A DNA stretch of 28,529 nt, taken from contig JBBCAV010000124.1 of assembly GCA_051382305.1 (NCBI GenBank), forward strand, positions 1-28,529, given 5' to 3'. Source of the stretch: Bdellovibrionota bacterium FG-2 (lineage in GTDB: Bacteria; Bdellovibrionota; UBA1018). Under the pieces are notes generated by a model. The model was given only the letters and a program-made list of their open reading frames with translations. It did no database searches and was not told the origin of the DNA. The position numbers were made by a program, and so were the translations under genes. Shown piece by piece: positions 8,979 to 18,065 of the stretch (positions within the stretch are counted from its first letter, which is position 1; the number at the start of each line of letters is the position of its first letter).

Positions 8979-10748
8979 ATGGACGCACTTAACGAGATTC
9001 AAGAACCTGAAATTCATTCCGAAGTCGAAACCCTCCGCCACTCCTGCGCGCACGTCATGGCCCACGCCATCCAGCGGCTTTGGCCCCAAGCCAAGTTCGG
9101 GATCGGCCCCACCATTGAAAACGGCTTTTATTACGATATTGATCTCGATGTGAAGCTCGTCCCCGAAGATCTCCCAAAGATTGCAAAAATGATGACGACG
9201 CTGATTACTGACAATCAGGCTTTTGTCAGATCCGAGCACTCCATTGAAGAAGCCATTGAGATTTTTAGAAATCTCAACCAGCCCTTCAAAATCGAAATCA
9301 TTGAAACCCTGCGCGATACGCTAAAAGCCACCACGGTCAGCACTTACAAGGAGGGCGACTTCTTGGATCTGTGCCGGGGGCCACATATTCCGAAAACGGG
9401 TCAGATAAAAGCCTTTAAGCTGATGTCGCTTGCAGGCGCCTATTGGCGCGGCGACGAAAAAAACAAACAACTTCAACGCATCTATGGAACGGCTTTTCTT
9501 AATAAGGCCGAACTCGACGAACATCTTCACCTGATTGAAGAGGCCAAGAAACGGGACCATCGCAAACTGGGCAAGGAACTTGATTTGTTCAGTTTCCATC
9601 CCGAAGCCCCAGCAAGCCCATTTTTTCATCCCAAAGGTACGGTCATTTACAATCGCCTGGTCGAGTACGTGCGAAAACTCTATGGTCCTTATGAGTATGA
9701 CGAAATCATTACGCCTCAAGTTTTGGACGTTTCGCTTTGGCATAAAAGTGGGCACTACGAAAACTATAAAGAGAGCATGTATTTTACCGAAGTCGACGAA
9801 AGGCAGTTTGCCCTTAAGCCCATGAACTGCCCGGCCGCGACTTTTGTGTATGCGTCCCAAAAACGCTCGTATCGCGATTTGCCGCTACGCCTTGCAGATT
9901 TTGGCCGTCTTCACCGCTATGAAAAATCAGGCGTGACCGCAGGCCTTACGCGCGTGCGAACTTTTTGCCAGGATGACGCTCATATTTTTTGCTCCTCCGA
10001 GCAGATCGCTTTTGAGATTAAACGCGTCGTAGAGATGATCCTCAAGACCTACGAACTTTTTGGTTTTAATGAAATCAAGATCTACCTCTCCACGAGGCCT
10101 GAAAAACGAGTCGGTTCCGACGCCCTTTGGGATCAGGCCGAATCTGGTTTAAAAGAAGTGCTTGATGGGCTGGGAAGACCTTATCAGATCAATCCGGGCG
10201 ATGGCGCATTCTATGGACCCAAGATTGACTTTAACGTGCGCGACGCCTTGAAGCGCTATCACCAGCTCGGAACGATTCAACTCGACTTCAACATGCCGGA
10301 TCGCTTTGATCTCAACTACACCACGGCTGAAAACACAGCCCAAAGACCCGTGATGGTTCATCGGGCTGTTTTGGGTTCCATTGAGCGATTCATGGGAATC
10401 CTCATTGAGCACGTCGCCGGTGCGTTTCCGTTCTGGCTTGCACCCGTACAAGCCCGAGTCATCGCCATCAAAGAGCCGCACACAGAGTATTGCCAGGCGT
10501 TTATGCAAAAATTAAAAGGGCTTGGGTTTCGCGTCGAATTAGATAGCCGCAACGAATCCATGGGATTTAAAACCCGCGAAGCGCAGACAGCAAAAATTCC
10601 GTTCGCGCTCGTGGCGGGTGATCGCGAAATGGAAGCCTCCCAATTTGCCGTGCGAAAATACGGCGAGCGCGAGTCTAAAGTTATGACTCAAGATGAGATT
10701 TTAGCTCTTTTCAAAGAACTCAATTCAGTTCCTGAGAAGATCGGCTGA
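8979..10748 (+). CDS. thrS: Threonine--tRNA ligase (no N-terminal TGS domain)
   Basis: RHSCAH, GP.IENGFYYD, DLCRGPH, RDHRKLGKEL, KPMNCP, HRYE.SG, GDGAFYGPKID, HRAVLGS.ERF. Confidence 0.98.
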   Translation: MDALNEIQEPEIHSEVETLRHSCAHVMAHAIQRLWPQAKFGIGPTIENGFYYDIDLDVKLVPEDLPKIAKMMTTLITDNQAFVRSEHSIEEAIEIFRNLNQPFKIEIIETLRDTLKATTVSTYKEGDFLDLCRGPHIPKTGQIKAFKLMSLAGAYWRGDEKNKQLQRIYGTAFLNKAELDEHLHLIEEAKKRDHRKLGKELDLFSFHPEAPASPFFHPKGTVIYNRLVEYVRKLYGPYEYDEIITPQVLDVSLWHKSGHYENYKESMYFTEVDERQFALKPMNCPAATFVYASQKRSYRDLPLRLADFGRLHRYEKSGVTAGLTRVRTFCQDDAHIFCSSEQIAFEIKRVVEMILKTYELFGFNEIKIYLSTRPEKRVGSDALWDQAESGLKEVLDGLGRPYQINPGDGAFYGPKIDFNVRDALKRYHQLGTIQLDFNMPDRFDLNYTTAENTAQRPVMVHRAVLGSIERFMGILIEHVAGAFPFWLAPVQARVIAIKEPHTEYCQAFMQKLKGLGFRVELDSRNESMGFKTREAQTAKIPFALVAGDREMEASQFAVRKYGERESKVMTQDEILALFKELNSVPEKIG

Positions 10749-10757
10749 GAAAATACA

Positions 10758-12188
10758 TTGAAGCCCACCCATCAAGCCCTAAGAAACGCGCGCACGATCT
10801 ATGACGCTTTGTATGGTTTTATTCCCATTACGGAATGGGAAGAGAAGATCATCAACTCGCCGCTTTTTCAGCGCCTAAGATGGGTCAAGCAACTCAGCTT
10901 TGCCAATTATATTTTTCCGGGTGCCGAACACAATCGGTTCGCGCACTCCATTGGCGTGATGCACTCGATGGAAGCCATGCTCCAATCCTCCGGGCTCGCG
11001 GTTTCAGATCATGCGCTTTTCAATCCAAAAGCCAAGAGTCCACCCGTAATGCTCCACAAAAGCATGCGAATTGCGGCACTCTTGCATGACATCGGGACAT
11101 TTCCGTTTAGTCACGCCGTTGAAAAAGCCTATCTCCGCCGGGGCGCCGAAAAAGGCGAGGTCCGCAAAACCCAAGATGGCATAAACAAGCCACTCAAAGA
11201 TCTCCCGAACTCCCATGAACACTTAGGTTCTTTCATTATCAAGAATACTCGCTACGAGGGCGGGCTCACTCGTATTCTCGAAGACTACGGCTTTGATATT
11301 CAGTTAATTTCGAGAATTATCAAAGGAGATTGCGCCCACCTTTTTGCCAACCAAATGGTGCATTCAGATCTTGATGCCGATCGTATGGATTATCTGATGC
11401 GGGACGCGCACTATACCGGAATCAAGTATGGACAATTTGACCGCGACTACATCCTAGCCAATCTCGTGACCTTTGAGACGAAAGATGGCCAAATCGGATT
11501 TGGCGTACGCGAAAACGCCGCGTTAGCTGTTGAGGATTTCTTGATCGCACGTTTCAGCTGGTACAGCCAAGTGGTACGCAATCCGGCGTCGGCGAAGTTT
11601 GACGTGATTTCGACTCACCTCACGGATGCGTTCTTGGACGCAAAACTCATGTATACGTTTCATGATCTCTTAGAGTTTGTGGAACGCGGAGACGAGCGGT
11701 TTTTCTGGTGGAGCGATTTATCATTTATCACGCGCTGCCAAGAAATTCGACTCAAGTCCCTGATCAAGAATCCCCGGATTCAACAACTCAACGAAATGCT
11801 GCTTTATCGCAAGCCGCCCAAGACGCTGCATCATCCGCTTTTGGATCATCGGCTTTTGAAAACTTCGCGCCATGGGAAAAAAGAACGCGAAGAGCTGAAG
11901 AGCAAAATTCAGCGCAAACTCTCCGAATTTGAGTCGGCTATCAAGAAATCGCGTAAACCTAATGCCTGGCTTTTGGTCGACATTCCTGAAAATGGAGTTT
12001 CCTTCACACGCGGCAAAGGGCTGGATGCGGTCCAAGTGGTCTCGAAGTCTGGCGAAGTCAGAGCGCTCGTGGATCGACCCAATGCAATCCTTCACAACCT
12101 TGCGGACATAGAGCACTTCGCGCCCAACGTGTACGCCAATGACGTGGCCTATAGCGTGCTCTTGGAAAAGGGATTGGTGCAGGCGTAA
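10758..12188 (+). CDS. HD-domain phosphohydrolase (SAMHD1/YwfO-like dNTP triphosphohydrolase family)
   Basis: I.SP.FQRLR.VKQL....IFPGA.H.RF.HSIGV, AALLHDIG.FPFSH, HE, DLDADRMDYL.RD. TTG start 9 nt after thrS. Confidence 0.9.
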   Translation: MKPTHQALRNARTIYDALYGFIPITEWEEKIINSPLFQRLRWVKQLSFANYIFPGAEHNRFAHSIGVMHSMEAMLQSSGLAVSDHALFNPKAKSPPVMLHKSMRIAALLHDIGTFPFSHAVEKAYLRRGAEKGEVRKTQDGINKPLKDLPNSHEHLGSFIIKNTRYEGGLTRILEDYGFDIQLISRIIKGDCAHLFANQMVHSDLDADRMDYLMRDAHYTGIKYGQFDRDYILANLVTFETKDGQIGFGVRENAALAVEDFLIARFSWYSQVVRNPASAKFDVISTHLTDAFLDAKLMYTFHDLLEFVERGDERFFWWSDLSFITRCQEIRLKSLIKNPRIQQLNEMLLYRKPPKTLHHPLLDHRLLKTSRHGKKEREELKSKIQRKLSEFESAIKKSRKPNAWLLVDIPENGVSFTRGKGLDAVQVVSKSGEVRALVDRPNAILHNLADIEHFAPNVYANDVAYSVLLEKGLVQA

Positions 12189-12268
12189 GATTATTCCAAG
12201 ACTAGCGACATTTTTTTGACAGAAACAGGCCTCTTCCCATCTGCCACAAAACAGCGTACGCTTTTAGG

Positions 12269-12709
12269 ATGTTGACCGAAAACGAATTAGAAATGATCCG
12301 AAAAGAATTCTCTCCCGAAGACGTTGCAAAGCTGATTGCAGAAGTAGAGCGACTCCGTGGGCAAGTTCAAAACTACAATGTCTCGATCACGCAAAAGATC
12401 GACACCATTGAATCCGACATGGAAAATCTCATCGAAGAAAACTCCAGACTCGTCGGGGTAAAAGAGGGACTGAGTGTCGAGCGTGATGCTTGTATCGCTC
12501 TGATGGCTAGGCTTGCGCGCACAAACGGGATCAATACGGGCGTCACCACGAACAACACCGTCGTGATCGATCTGCCAGCTGGCCAGGTCAACTGGCAGTT
12601 TAGCGCGGACGAAACGCATCTTATTGAGACGCTCCCCACTTACGAGAGGACCATCGAAGACATCAGCATCGAAGAGAAGTATAATCGAGTGATGAATCCG
12701 GGGATTTGA
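12269..12709 (+). CDS. Hypothetical protein, coiled coil plus phage-like IDLP.GQV.W domain
   Basis: Clean 146-aa ORF with an AGG RBS-like element and TTGACA upstream; heptad-rich middle region. Confidence 0.75.
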   Translation: MLTENELEMIRKEFSPEDVAKLIAEVERLRGQVQNYNVSITQKIDTIESDMENLIEENSRLVGVKEGLSVERDACIALMARLARTNGINTGVTTNNTVVIDLPAGQVNWQFSADETHLIETLPTYERTIEDISIEEKYNRVMNPGI

Positions 12710-12711
12710 AT

Positions 12712-13659
12712 CTAATTGAAGTCCCGCAGCATAATCAGCGTCCCAGGTTTTCGATCAAATCCGAGTTTCTGATTAATCGCTAAAATAGGGGCATTCGCCG
12801 AATCATTCCAAGTCGAAATTACCTCAATCCCGCGCCTCTTGGCCCACCTCATCGCTTCGATCTTTAATGTGGTCGCAATCCCACAGCTCCGAAAGCTCGG
12901 CAAACACCCCGTCATCGCGATTATCGCCATATTAGGGAGGGCTTCGCGCAACATCATTTGCGAAAATCCTACCAGCTCTGATCCAAAAACAGCCAATAAC
13001 ACCGCCTCCTCAGGAGCTCGGTCTTTATCCAAGTACTTCTTCAAAAATTCTTCAAATGAGGGCGGAGCACTCTGAGGTAGATTCGGAACATCTTTCATTG
13101 CCAAAAAGTACAAATCATAAAATCGCCGCTTAACATCTACAACCGTCGTCTGGGTTAAACTCTGGATCTGCAGTCCCTTTTTGTAAAAACTGTCAGGCAG
13201 ATACTTCGCCAACTCTTCGTCAGAGGATTTCGAAAGATCGAATCGAGATTCAAAAACGCGGGTGTGCTCGCGAAAACCACGGCACTCAGCAAACTGAATC
13301 GAACCTGGGTCGCTCTCCGCCACCTCGGTCAATGTTGAATCTGGTTTATGCGACAGCGCGGATGCAGCCACGACATCATAGAGTGCTTTGCCGCACCCCT
13401 TTCTTCGATACTGCTCCAAAACAAAAACCGTAAGCCCCAACTTCTTAGGATACATCTTCGGTTGATATTGAGAAACACCTATAACCTTGCCCACACACTC
13501 CGCTACGAACCGCGCCCTAGGTCCATCAAACATAGGATGCCGATCCGACTCTCGCAAAGACTCAGCGGTGCCAAAAAAACCGGGCATGGTACTTTTAAAT
13601 ACTTCGGCAACGGCTTCATAATCTGCATCATTAGCTGGCCTTACGCGAATGTTTTCCAT
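12712..13659 (-). CDS. Tandem GNAT N-acetyltransferase
   Basis: Two acetyl-CoA motifs, V...YRRKGCG and TG.LP.FRS.GIA..LK, plus T.N...N.PILAIN.KLGF. Confidence 0.9.
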   Translation of the reverse strand: MENIRVRPANDADYEAVAEVFKSTMPGFFGTAESLRESDRHPMFDGPRARFVAECVGKVIGVSQYQPKMYPKKLGLTVFVLEQYRRKGCGKALYDVVAASALSHKPDSTLTEVAESDPGSIQFAECRGFREHTRVFESRFDLSKSSDEELAKYLPDSFYKKGLQIQSLTQTTVVDVKRRFYDLYFLAMKDVPNLPQSAPPSFEEFLKKYLDKDRAPEEAVLLAVFGSELVGFSQMMLREALPNMAIIAMTGCLPSFRSCGIATTLKIEAMRWAKRRGIEVISTWNDSANAPILAINQKLGFDRKPGTLIMLRDFN

Positions 13660-13681
13660 AGCCTCAAAAATATCAAGAAGT

Positions 13682-13840
13682 CTACCTCAAGTACAGCCCC
13701 ATTGAGACATCATCAAGGTAGGTGTTGGTGCCGGACTGTGGAATGGAGTTGTTTTGCCCCGTTCTTAAGGTTTCTTGGATTTGATATAGCTGGGAGCGAA
13801 TACTGAGCAACGCCGAATCACTCAGGTCTTTTGTACTCAC
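13682..13840 (-). CDS. Possible small hypothetical protein (52 aa)
   Basis: Manual translation from GTG gives MSTKDLSDSALLSIRSQLYQIQETLRTGQNN...GLYLR. It is below the ORF-track cutoff and has no clear RBS. Confidence 0.25.
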   Translation of the reverse strand: MSTKDLSDSALLSIRSQLYQIQETLRTGQNNSIPQSGTNTYLDDVSMGLYLR

Positions 13841-13967
13841 GTCATGCAAAAGTTTCAGCGAAAAACTCCGGGAAAATTCGCAGTAATTTCAGATTACGCG
13901 GCTCGAGTCTCGAAAAAATTTCAGGCCAAAAATGACTCCGAGGGGGATGAAGTGGCCCTGACCGAAA

Positions 13968-14948
13968 CTATTTCAGATCTGGAATATACCGCTTCATCGT
14001 CGAATGCCCAATCTTCTGAATCGCCTCCCATGCGTTATGATGAGAACAGAGAATTCTCAAATTTGAAACTTCAGAGCCTCCGCCCAAAACCACGGGGATC
14101 TTATGATCGTACTCCAATCCATGAGTTGATTCGCACTTTTTGCCGGTTTGAGGCGATACAAAGGTGCATTTTCCACCATCACGTTCCCAGACTTCCGCCC
14201 GGATGGCCGCGGGAATCTGCCTCGGATTACTATTTGCTACGGACTCCGGCGCCGGAGTGGCTTGCGCTGCTTTTAGTTCTTTGCTCTCTCTACTTTCTTG
14301 ACGCCTTTTTCTCCGCTCATTCTTTTGGTCGGGATCAATCTGCTCCAAGGTGCGATCGGCAAGAAACTCAAATAACTGAGCTAGACTCGGATTAGGATGC
14401 GAATGAGCCAACAGGCCTTTGAGCTTCTCTAACTTCTTCATCAACTCAATCGACACCACGACCCTAAGTTCAGTTTCTGTGGACGAGACAACCCTGCTCG
14501 ATTCTTTTGCTTTGGCCGATTCGGGCGAAACTTGAAACAACACCTTTTCACACTCCCGAACAGAGAGCTTCTCCATTTGCGTAAGCAGGCCGCGCTTTTC
14601 CTCAGGTGAATAGGTCTTGCCCTTATCGCGCTCCTCGCGTTTTAGAAAACATTGAACCGCACTCACGGTAGAGAGGTTCAGCGCGCCCGACTGAATCGAG
14701 GCCGCAGCACTCGGAACATCCTTGAGCAGACGCATCGAATTGATTCGGCGTGAAGCGCTAGCCTCCGAGTACCCTCACTCTTTTACCGCGTATTCAAAAA
14801 GAGAGCTAAACCCCAATCCCGAATAAAGTCTGCGCCGCTCCACCTCGCGCAATAGCTCCAATACTTGCGTCGTAAGCCTGCGCTCCGCAGCCGCAAGGAG
14901 TTTGATTTGAGACAAAAGATTTTCATCTGATTGAGTTTGTATATTCAT
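13968..14948 (-). pseudogene. HNH endonuclease with a long helical N-terminal region, interrupted by an in-frame TGA
   Basis: The frame continues upstream of the 14735 ORF: MNIQTQSDENLLSQIKLLAAAERRLTTQVLELLREVERRRLYSGLGFSSLFEYAVKE*GYSEASASRRINSMRLL, with TGA at 14775-14777. C-terminal RD.G.C..C...LEYDH.IP...GG....NLR.LC..HN. Confidence 0.85.
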
Positions 14949-15160
14949 TTCCATTGCATAACACGGGAAAATCGTACCTTGTTAACCGCTCTAGGATGCC
15001 TTTAGGATGGGGAATTTATGTCATAATTGGAACGACTCTATGCAAGCGCGATATCTGTCCAGGGCGGGCAAGTGAACCGCATTAGATGGCAGGTCACAGC
15101 ACACCAAAGCCCACACAAGGAAAAATGCGAATTTGTTGTCAATAAATATTTTCAAAAAAA

Positions 15161-15180
15161 CTGCGCTTTTCTGCGCTTTT
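15161..15180 (+). repeat. 10-bp tandem direct repeat (CTGCGCTTTT)x2
   Basis: Directly visible in the HNH/protease intergenic region. Confidence 0.7.
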
Positions 15181-15343
15181 TCCCCAGGGATTTTCTGAGG
15201 GAATTTACCGAGCCCCTCTCGTCAAACAGGACCCAGAGCTACACCCGTCCAATCCTTAGACAGTCCATTATTGCACACACCTTCCCACTAATCACAAGAC
15301 CGCGAAATCATCACGCAATAGGCTACCCTTTTTCTCATCAGCC

Positions 15344-15359
15344 AGGCACCAAAGTTGCT
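15344..15359 (+). promoter_or_regulatory. Putative sigma54 -24/-12 promoter
   Basis: AGGCACCAAAGTTGCT has GG-N10-GC spacing and is close to TGGCACG-N4-TTGCW; it is followed by AGGAG and ATG 15386. Confidence 0.6.
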
Positions 15360-15385
15360 CATAAGACCAATAGGAGAACGCTTGC

Positions 15386-16126
15386 ATGCTTTTCAAAATA
15401 TTGCCCCTCAGTCTGATCCTTGCCCTGGGAATCGGCCTTTATTACGGAGTCGCCACCGCAAACTCCGAAACCGATGCAACCCTCGACCGCTGTCTTTCCG
15501 CGTCCCGCAACACGAAATGGAAAACGATTTCCTACCGAGTCAGGCACCTCTGCAAGACAAATCAGTGGTGGCAACAAAACGACTACCGAGGCTCGGATGT
15601 AGATTACAAAATACGCGCGAGCAAAAACCGAATTGAACTCTCTGTCGACCTCGCCTTTCGCTATAAAGGAAAACCCGAAAATCGCGCCGTAGTTACCCAG
15701 CGCCTTCAAGCCGTCGAGCTGTGCGTCGCCCAGTTTTACGCCAGATTCGGTCTCCATTTAACACCGAACTTCAGAGTAGACCCCGAACAACAGACACTTC
15801 CCCTCTCCCTGCTCGAAAAAAGCGAAATCTCACTTTGGGACGAATACGACCGCGCGGGCTCTGCCAACTGGCCCTTACTCAGAAGTAACGGATTTGAAAT
15901 CTCTGAAGATCAAGCCTGCCTCATTGCAACCCACGAACTGGGGCACAAATTAGGGCTTCCGGATCGCTATTCAGAATCAAAGTGTCCTGATCGCGAGCGC
16001 CCACGAGAGCCCACAGAATCCGAAGACAGTATCATGGGCGCAGGAATCTGGAGCCGTACCGACGAAAAAGTCCTTTACCCCGATGATCTCGAAATTATTC
16101 TAAGCCCAATTTGCCCACAACATTAA
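15386..16126 (+). CDS. Secreted zinc metalloprotease (metzincin-like)
   Basis: N-terminal signal/TM segment, HELGHKLGLPD.Y zinc motif, SIM Met-turn. Confidence 0.8.
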   Translation: MLFKILPLSLILALGIGLYYGVATANSETDATLDRCLSASRNTKWKTISYRVRHLCKTNQWWQQNDYRGSDVDYKIRASKNRIELSVDLAFRYKGKPENRAVVTQRLQAVELCVAQFYARFGLHLTPNFRVDPEQQTLPLSLLEKSEISLWDEYDRAGSANWPLLRSNGFEISEDQACLIATHELGHKLGLPDRYSESKCPDRERPREPTESEDSIMGAGIWSRTDEKVLYPDDLEIILSPICPQH

Positions 16127-16757
16127 GCGCCCACTTCTTGGCCGCGGCGATGCCCTCCGGGCCGTGGGCATTATAATGGGGGTTGACGTTACAGCAGCAA
16201 ACTTTATCGCCACACCAATTAAACTCAGCCAAAGGGCGCGAATCAATAACCTGGCACTCCCCAGTCACACCCTGCTCGATATCAGAGAGCACTTGGCCCG
16301 CCTCTTCAAAAGTCGCGTTCGGACCATACTTGGGCCCCACCCAAACACATGCGGCACCGCTCACGCGAATCGCCTCCGTGAGTTGCCTCACAGTTTCTAC
16401 GCGCTGCTTTGAGGTCCATCCCAACGTATCATACATGTTTGCACCTAAGGCGACGACCACGCTCGAAGGATGGGCCTGAGACAAAAGCGCGTTAATAGTA
16501 GGGGCTTTGTAATCGGCCACTTTTCCATCAGTGACCGAACCACTTTTACAAAGTGTGCCCCCCTTTAAATAAGTCATCGTCGAAGCGCCCACGCAGGCCG
16601 TGCGATTCACCAGCATTCCTTTGGCGTCCAAAAGTCGCTCAAGTTCCGCCCCAAAAGGACCCGCACTGTGCGAGTCGCCAATGAATAAAACGGGAGACAC
16701 CAGATCGGCACGCGCGAACGTGCTCACCAAAAAAAGCAATACCCACAAATTTCTCAT
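16095..16757 (-). CDS. Secreted SGNH/GDSL hydrolase
   Basis: Signal peptide (ARA-D), FIGDSH block I, VGAS block II, LGAN block III, C-terminal PHY. Confidence 0.8.
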   Translation of the reverse strand: MRNLWVLLFLVSTFARADLVSPVLFIGDSHSAGPFGAELERLLDAKGMLVNRTACVGASTMTYLKGGTLCKSGSVTDGKVADYKAPTINALLSQAHPSSVVVALGANMYDTLGWTSKQRVETVRQLTEAIRVSGAACVWVGPKYGPNATFEEAGQVLSDIEQGVTGECQVIDSRPLAEFNWCGDKVCCCNVNPHYNAHGPEGIAAAKKWALNVVGKLGLE

Positions 16758-16769
16758 AATCCCCCCTCA

Positions 16770-17417
16770 CTATTCTAAAATAATCCCCAAGCCACGTAAC
16801 AATACCGTCGCCTCCGGCAGGGAAAATTTCGCACCGGTAAGTCGACATTTCCCCGGATGAATATCGTAATTAAGCGCACCCTTGAAGCAGGCCTCTTCAA
16901 GATTTGCCCCCGCAAATTCAGCACGACTAAAATCCGAGCCGCTGCAATCACTCTGAGCCAAATTGGTTTGGGCAAAGTGAGCCTCATGTACGCGGCACCG
17001 ACATAATTTTAGTTTCCGCAAATCCAAGCTCGTGAAGTTGGAAAAACTCAAGTTACATTCTTCAAATTCCAAACGACCCAACTCCCGCACCCGCGTCCAA
17101 TCCAGGCCCAAGAGTTTTGAAGACGAAAAAGTGACGCTTTTGAAACGCGCATTCTTGACACGGGCGTTACTCAGATCACAATTCATGAACCGGCAATCAA
17201 CAAAAACCGACGCTTCCAAAGATGTCTCGGCGATGCGCAATCCTTGAAACACGCAGTCATAAAATTCACGCCCTGCAAGTCCAAACCCCGCCATGCGAGT
17301 TATACGCGCTTGATCAAAAATTTCGTCCGCAAATTCAAGAGATTCCCCAGCATCATCCTTATGCATACTCAACGACGGGATTAGCATCGCACGCCGCATT
17401 TGTAAAGAATCAGACAC
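16770..17417 (-). CDS. Pentapeptide-repeat protein
   Basis: Regular five-residue repeats (F.DC.F, CDLSNA, CNLSFSNF, ANLEEACF..A.NY.I.P); start codon uncertain. Confidence 0.88.
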   Translation of the reverse strand: MSDSLQMRRAMLIPSLSMHKDDAGESLEFADEIFDQARITRMAGFGLAGREFYDCVFQGLRIAETSLEASVFVDCRFMNCDLSNARVKNARFKSVTFSSSKLLGLDWTRVRELGRLEFEECNLSFSNFTSLDLRKLKLCRCRVHEAHFAQTNLAQSDCSGSDFSRAEFAGANLEEACFKGALNYDIHPGKCRLTGAKFSLPEATVLLRGLGIILE

Positions 17418-17483
17418 ATTCTCACCTGCCCTTGCACTTAAGGCGCAGTTTATGCTTAATAAACGTATAGGAGAATACAGACC

Positions 17484-18065
17484 ATGGCCTTCGAACTTCC
17501 CAAACTTCCCTTCGCCCTCGACGCGCTCTCACCTTTTCTTTCAAAAGAAACGCTGGAGTTTCACTACGGCAAACACCACCAAACCTACGTGACCAACCTC
17601 AATAAGCTCATCGTCGGAACGCAGTTTGAAAAAGCCACCCTTGAAGAGATCATCAAAAAATCCGAAGCAGGAATGTTCAACAACGCTGCCCAAATCTGGA
17701 ACCACACCTTCTACTGGAATGGCCTTGCGCCCACCGGCGACGCCGAACCCACGGGCGCGATCAAAGCTGCCATCGACAAAACATTCAAGTCGTTTACGGA
17801 TTTCAAAGCGGCCTTTAGTGACGCCTGCCTCACTCAATTTGGGTCGGGCTGGGCGTGGCTTGTGAAAAAGCCGGATGGCTCACTCGGAATTGATAAAACC
17901 TCAAACGCCGGCACGCCACTTACAACAGCCAACACCGCGCTGCTGACTTGCGATGTCTGGGAGCACGCCTACTACATCGACTATCGCAATGCGCGCGCAA
18001 AGTATGTCGAAGAATTCTGGAAACACATCAACTGGAAATTCGTTGAGAAGAACTTCCACAGCTAA
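17484..18065 (+). CDS. sodB: Iron superoxide dismutase
   Basis: [16 protein letters not shown] (Fe type), [24 protein letters not shown]. Confidence 0.96.
   Translation: MAFELPKLPFALDALSPFLSKETLEFHYGKHHQTYVTNLNKLIVGTQFEKATLEEIIKKSEAGMFNNAAQIWNHTFYWNGLAPTGDAEPTGAIKAAIDKTFKSFTDFKAAFSDACLTQFGSGWAWLVKKPDGSLGIDKTSNAGTPLTTANTALLTCDVWEHAYYIDYRNARAKYVEEFWKHINWKFVEKNFHS

Noticed and set aside
14775-14777. TGA recoding (alternative genetic code or selenocysteine) in the HNH gene
   Set aside because: TGA is the normal stop of cmk, thrS, the RluA-family gene and others here, and the position appears to be Leu rather than Trp, Gly or Cys.
16770-17417. Qnr/MfpA quinolone-resistance call
   Set aside because: Pentapeptide repeats alone do not establish gyrase protection.
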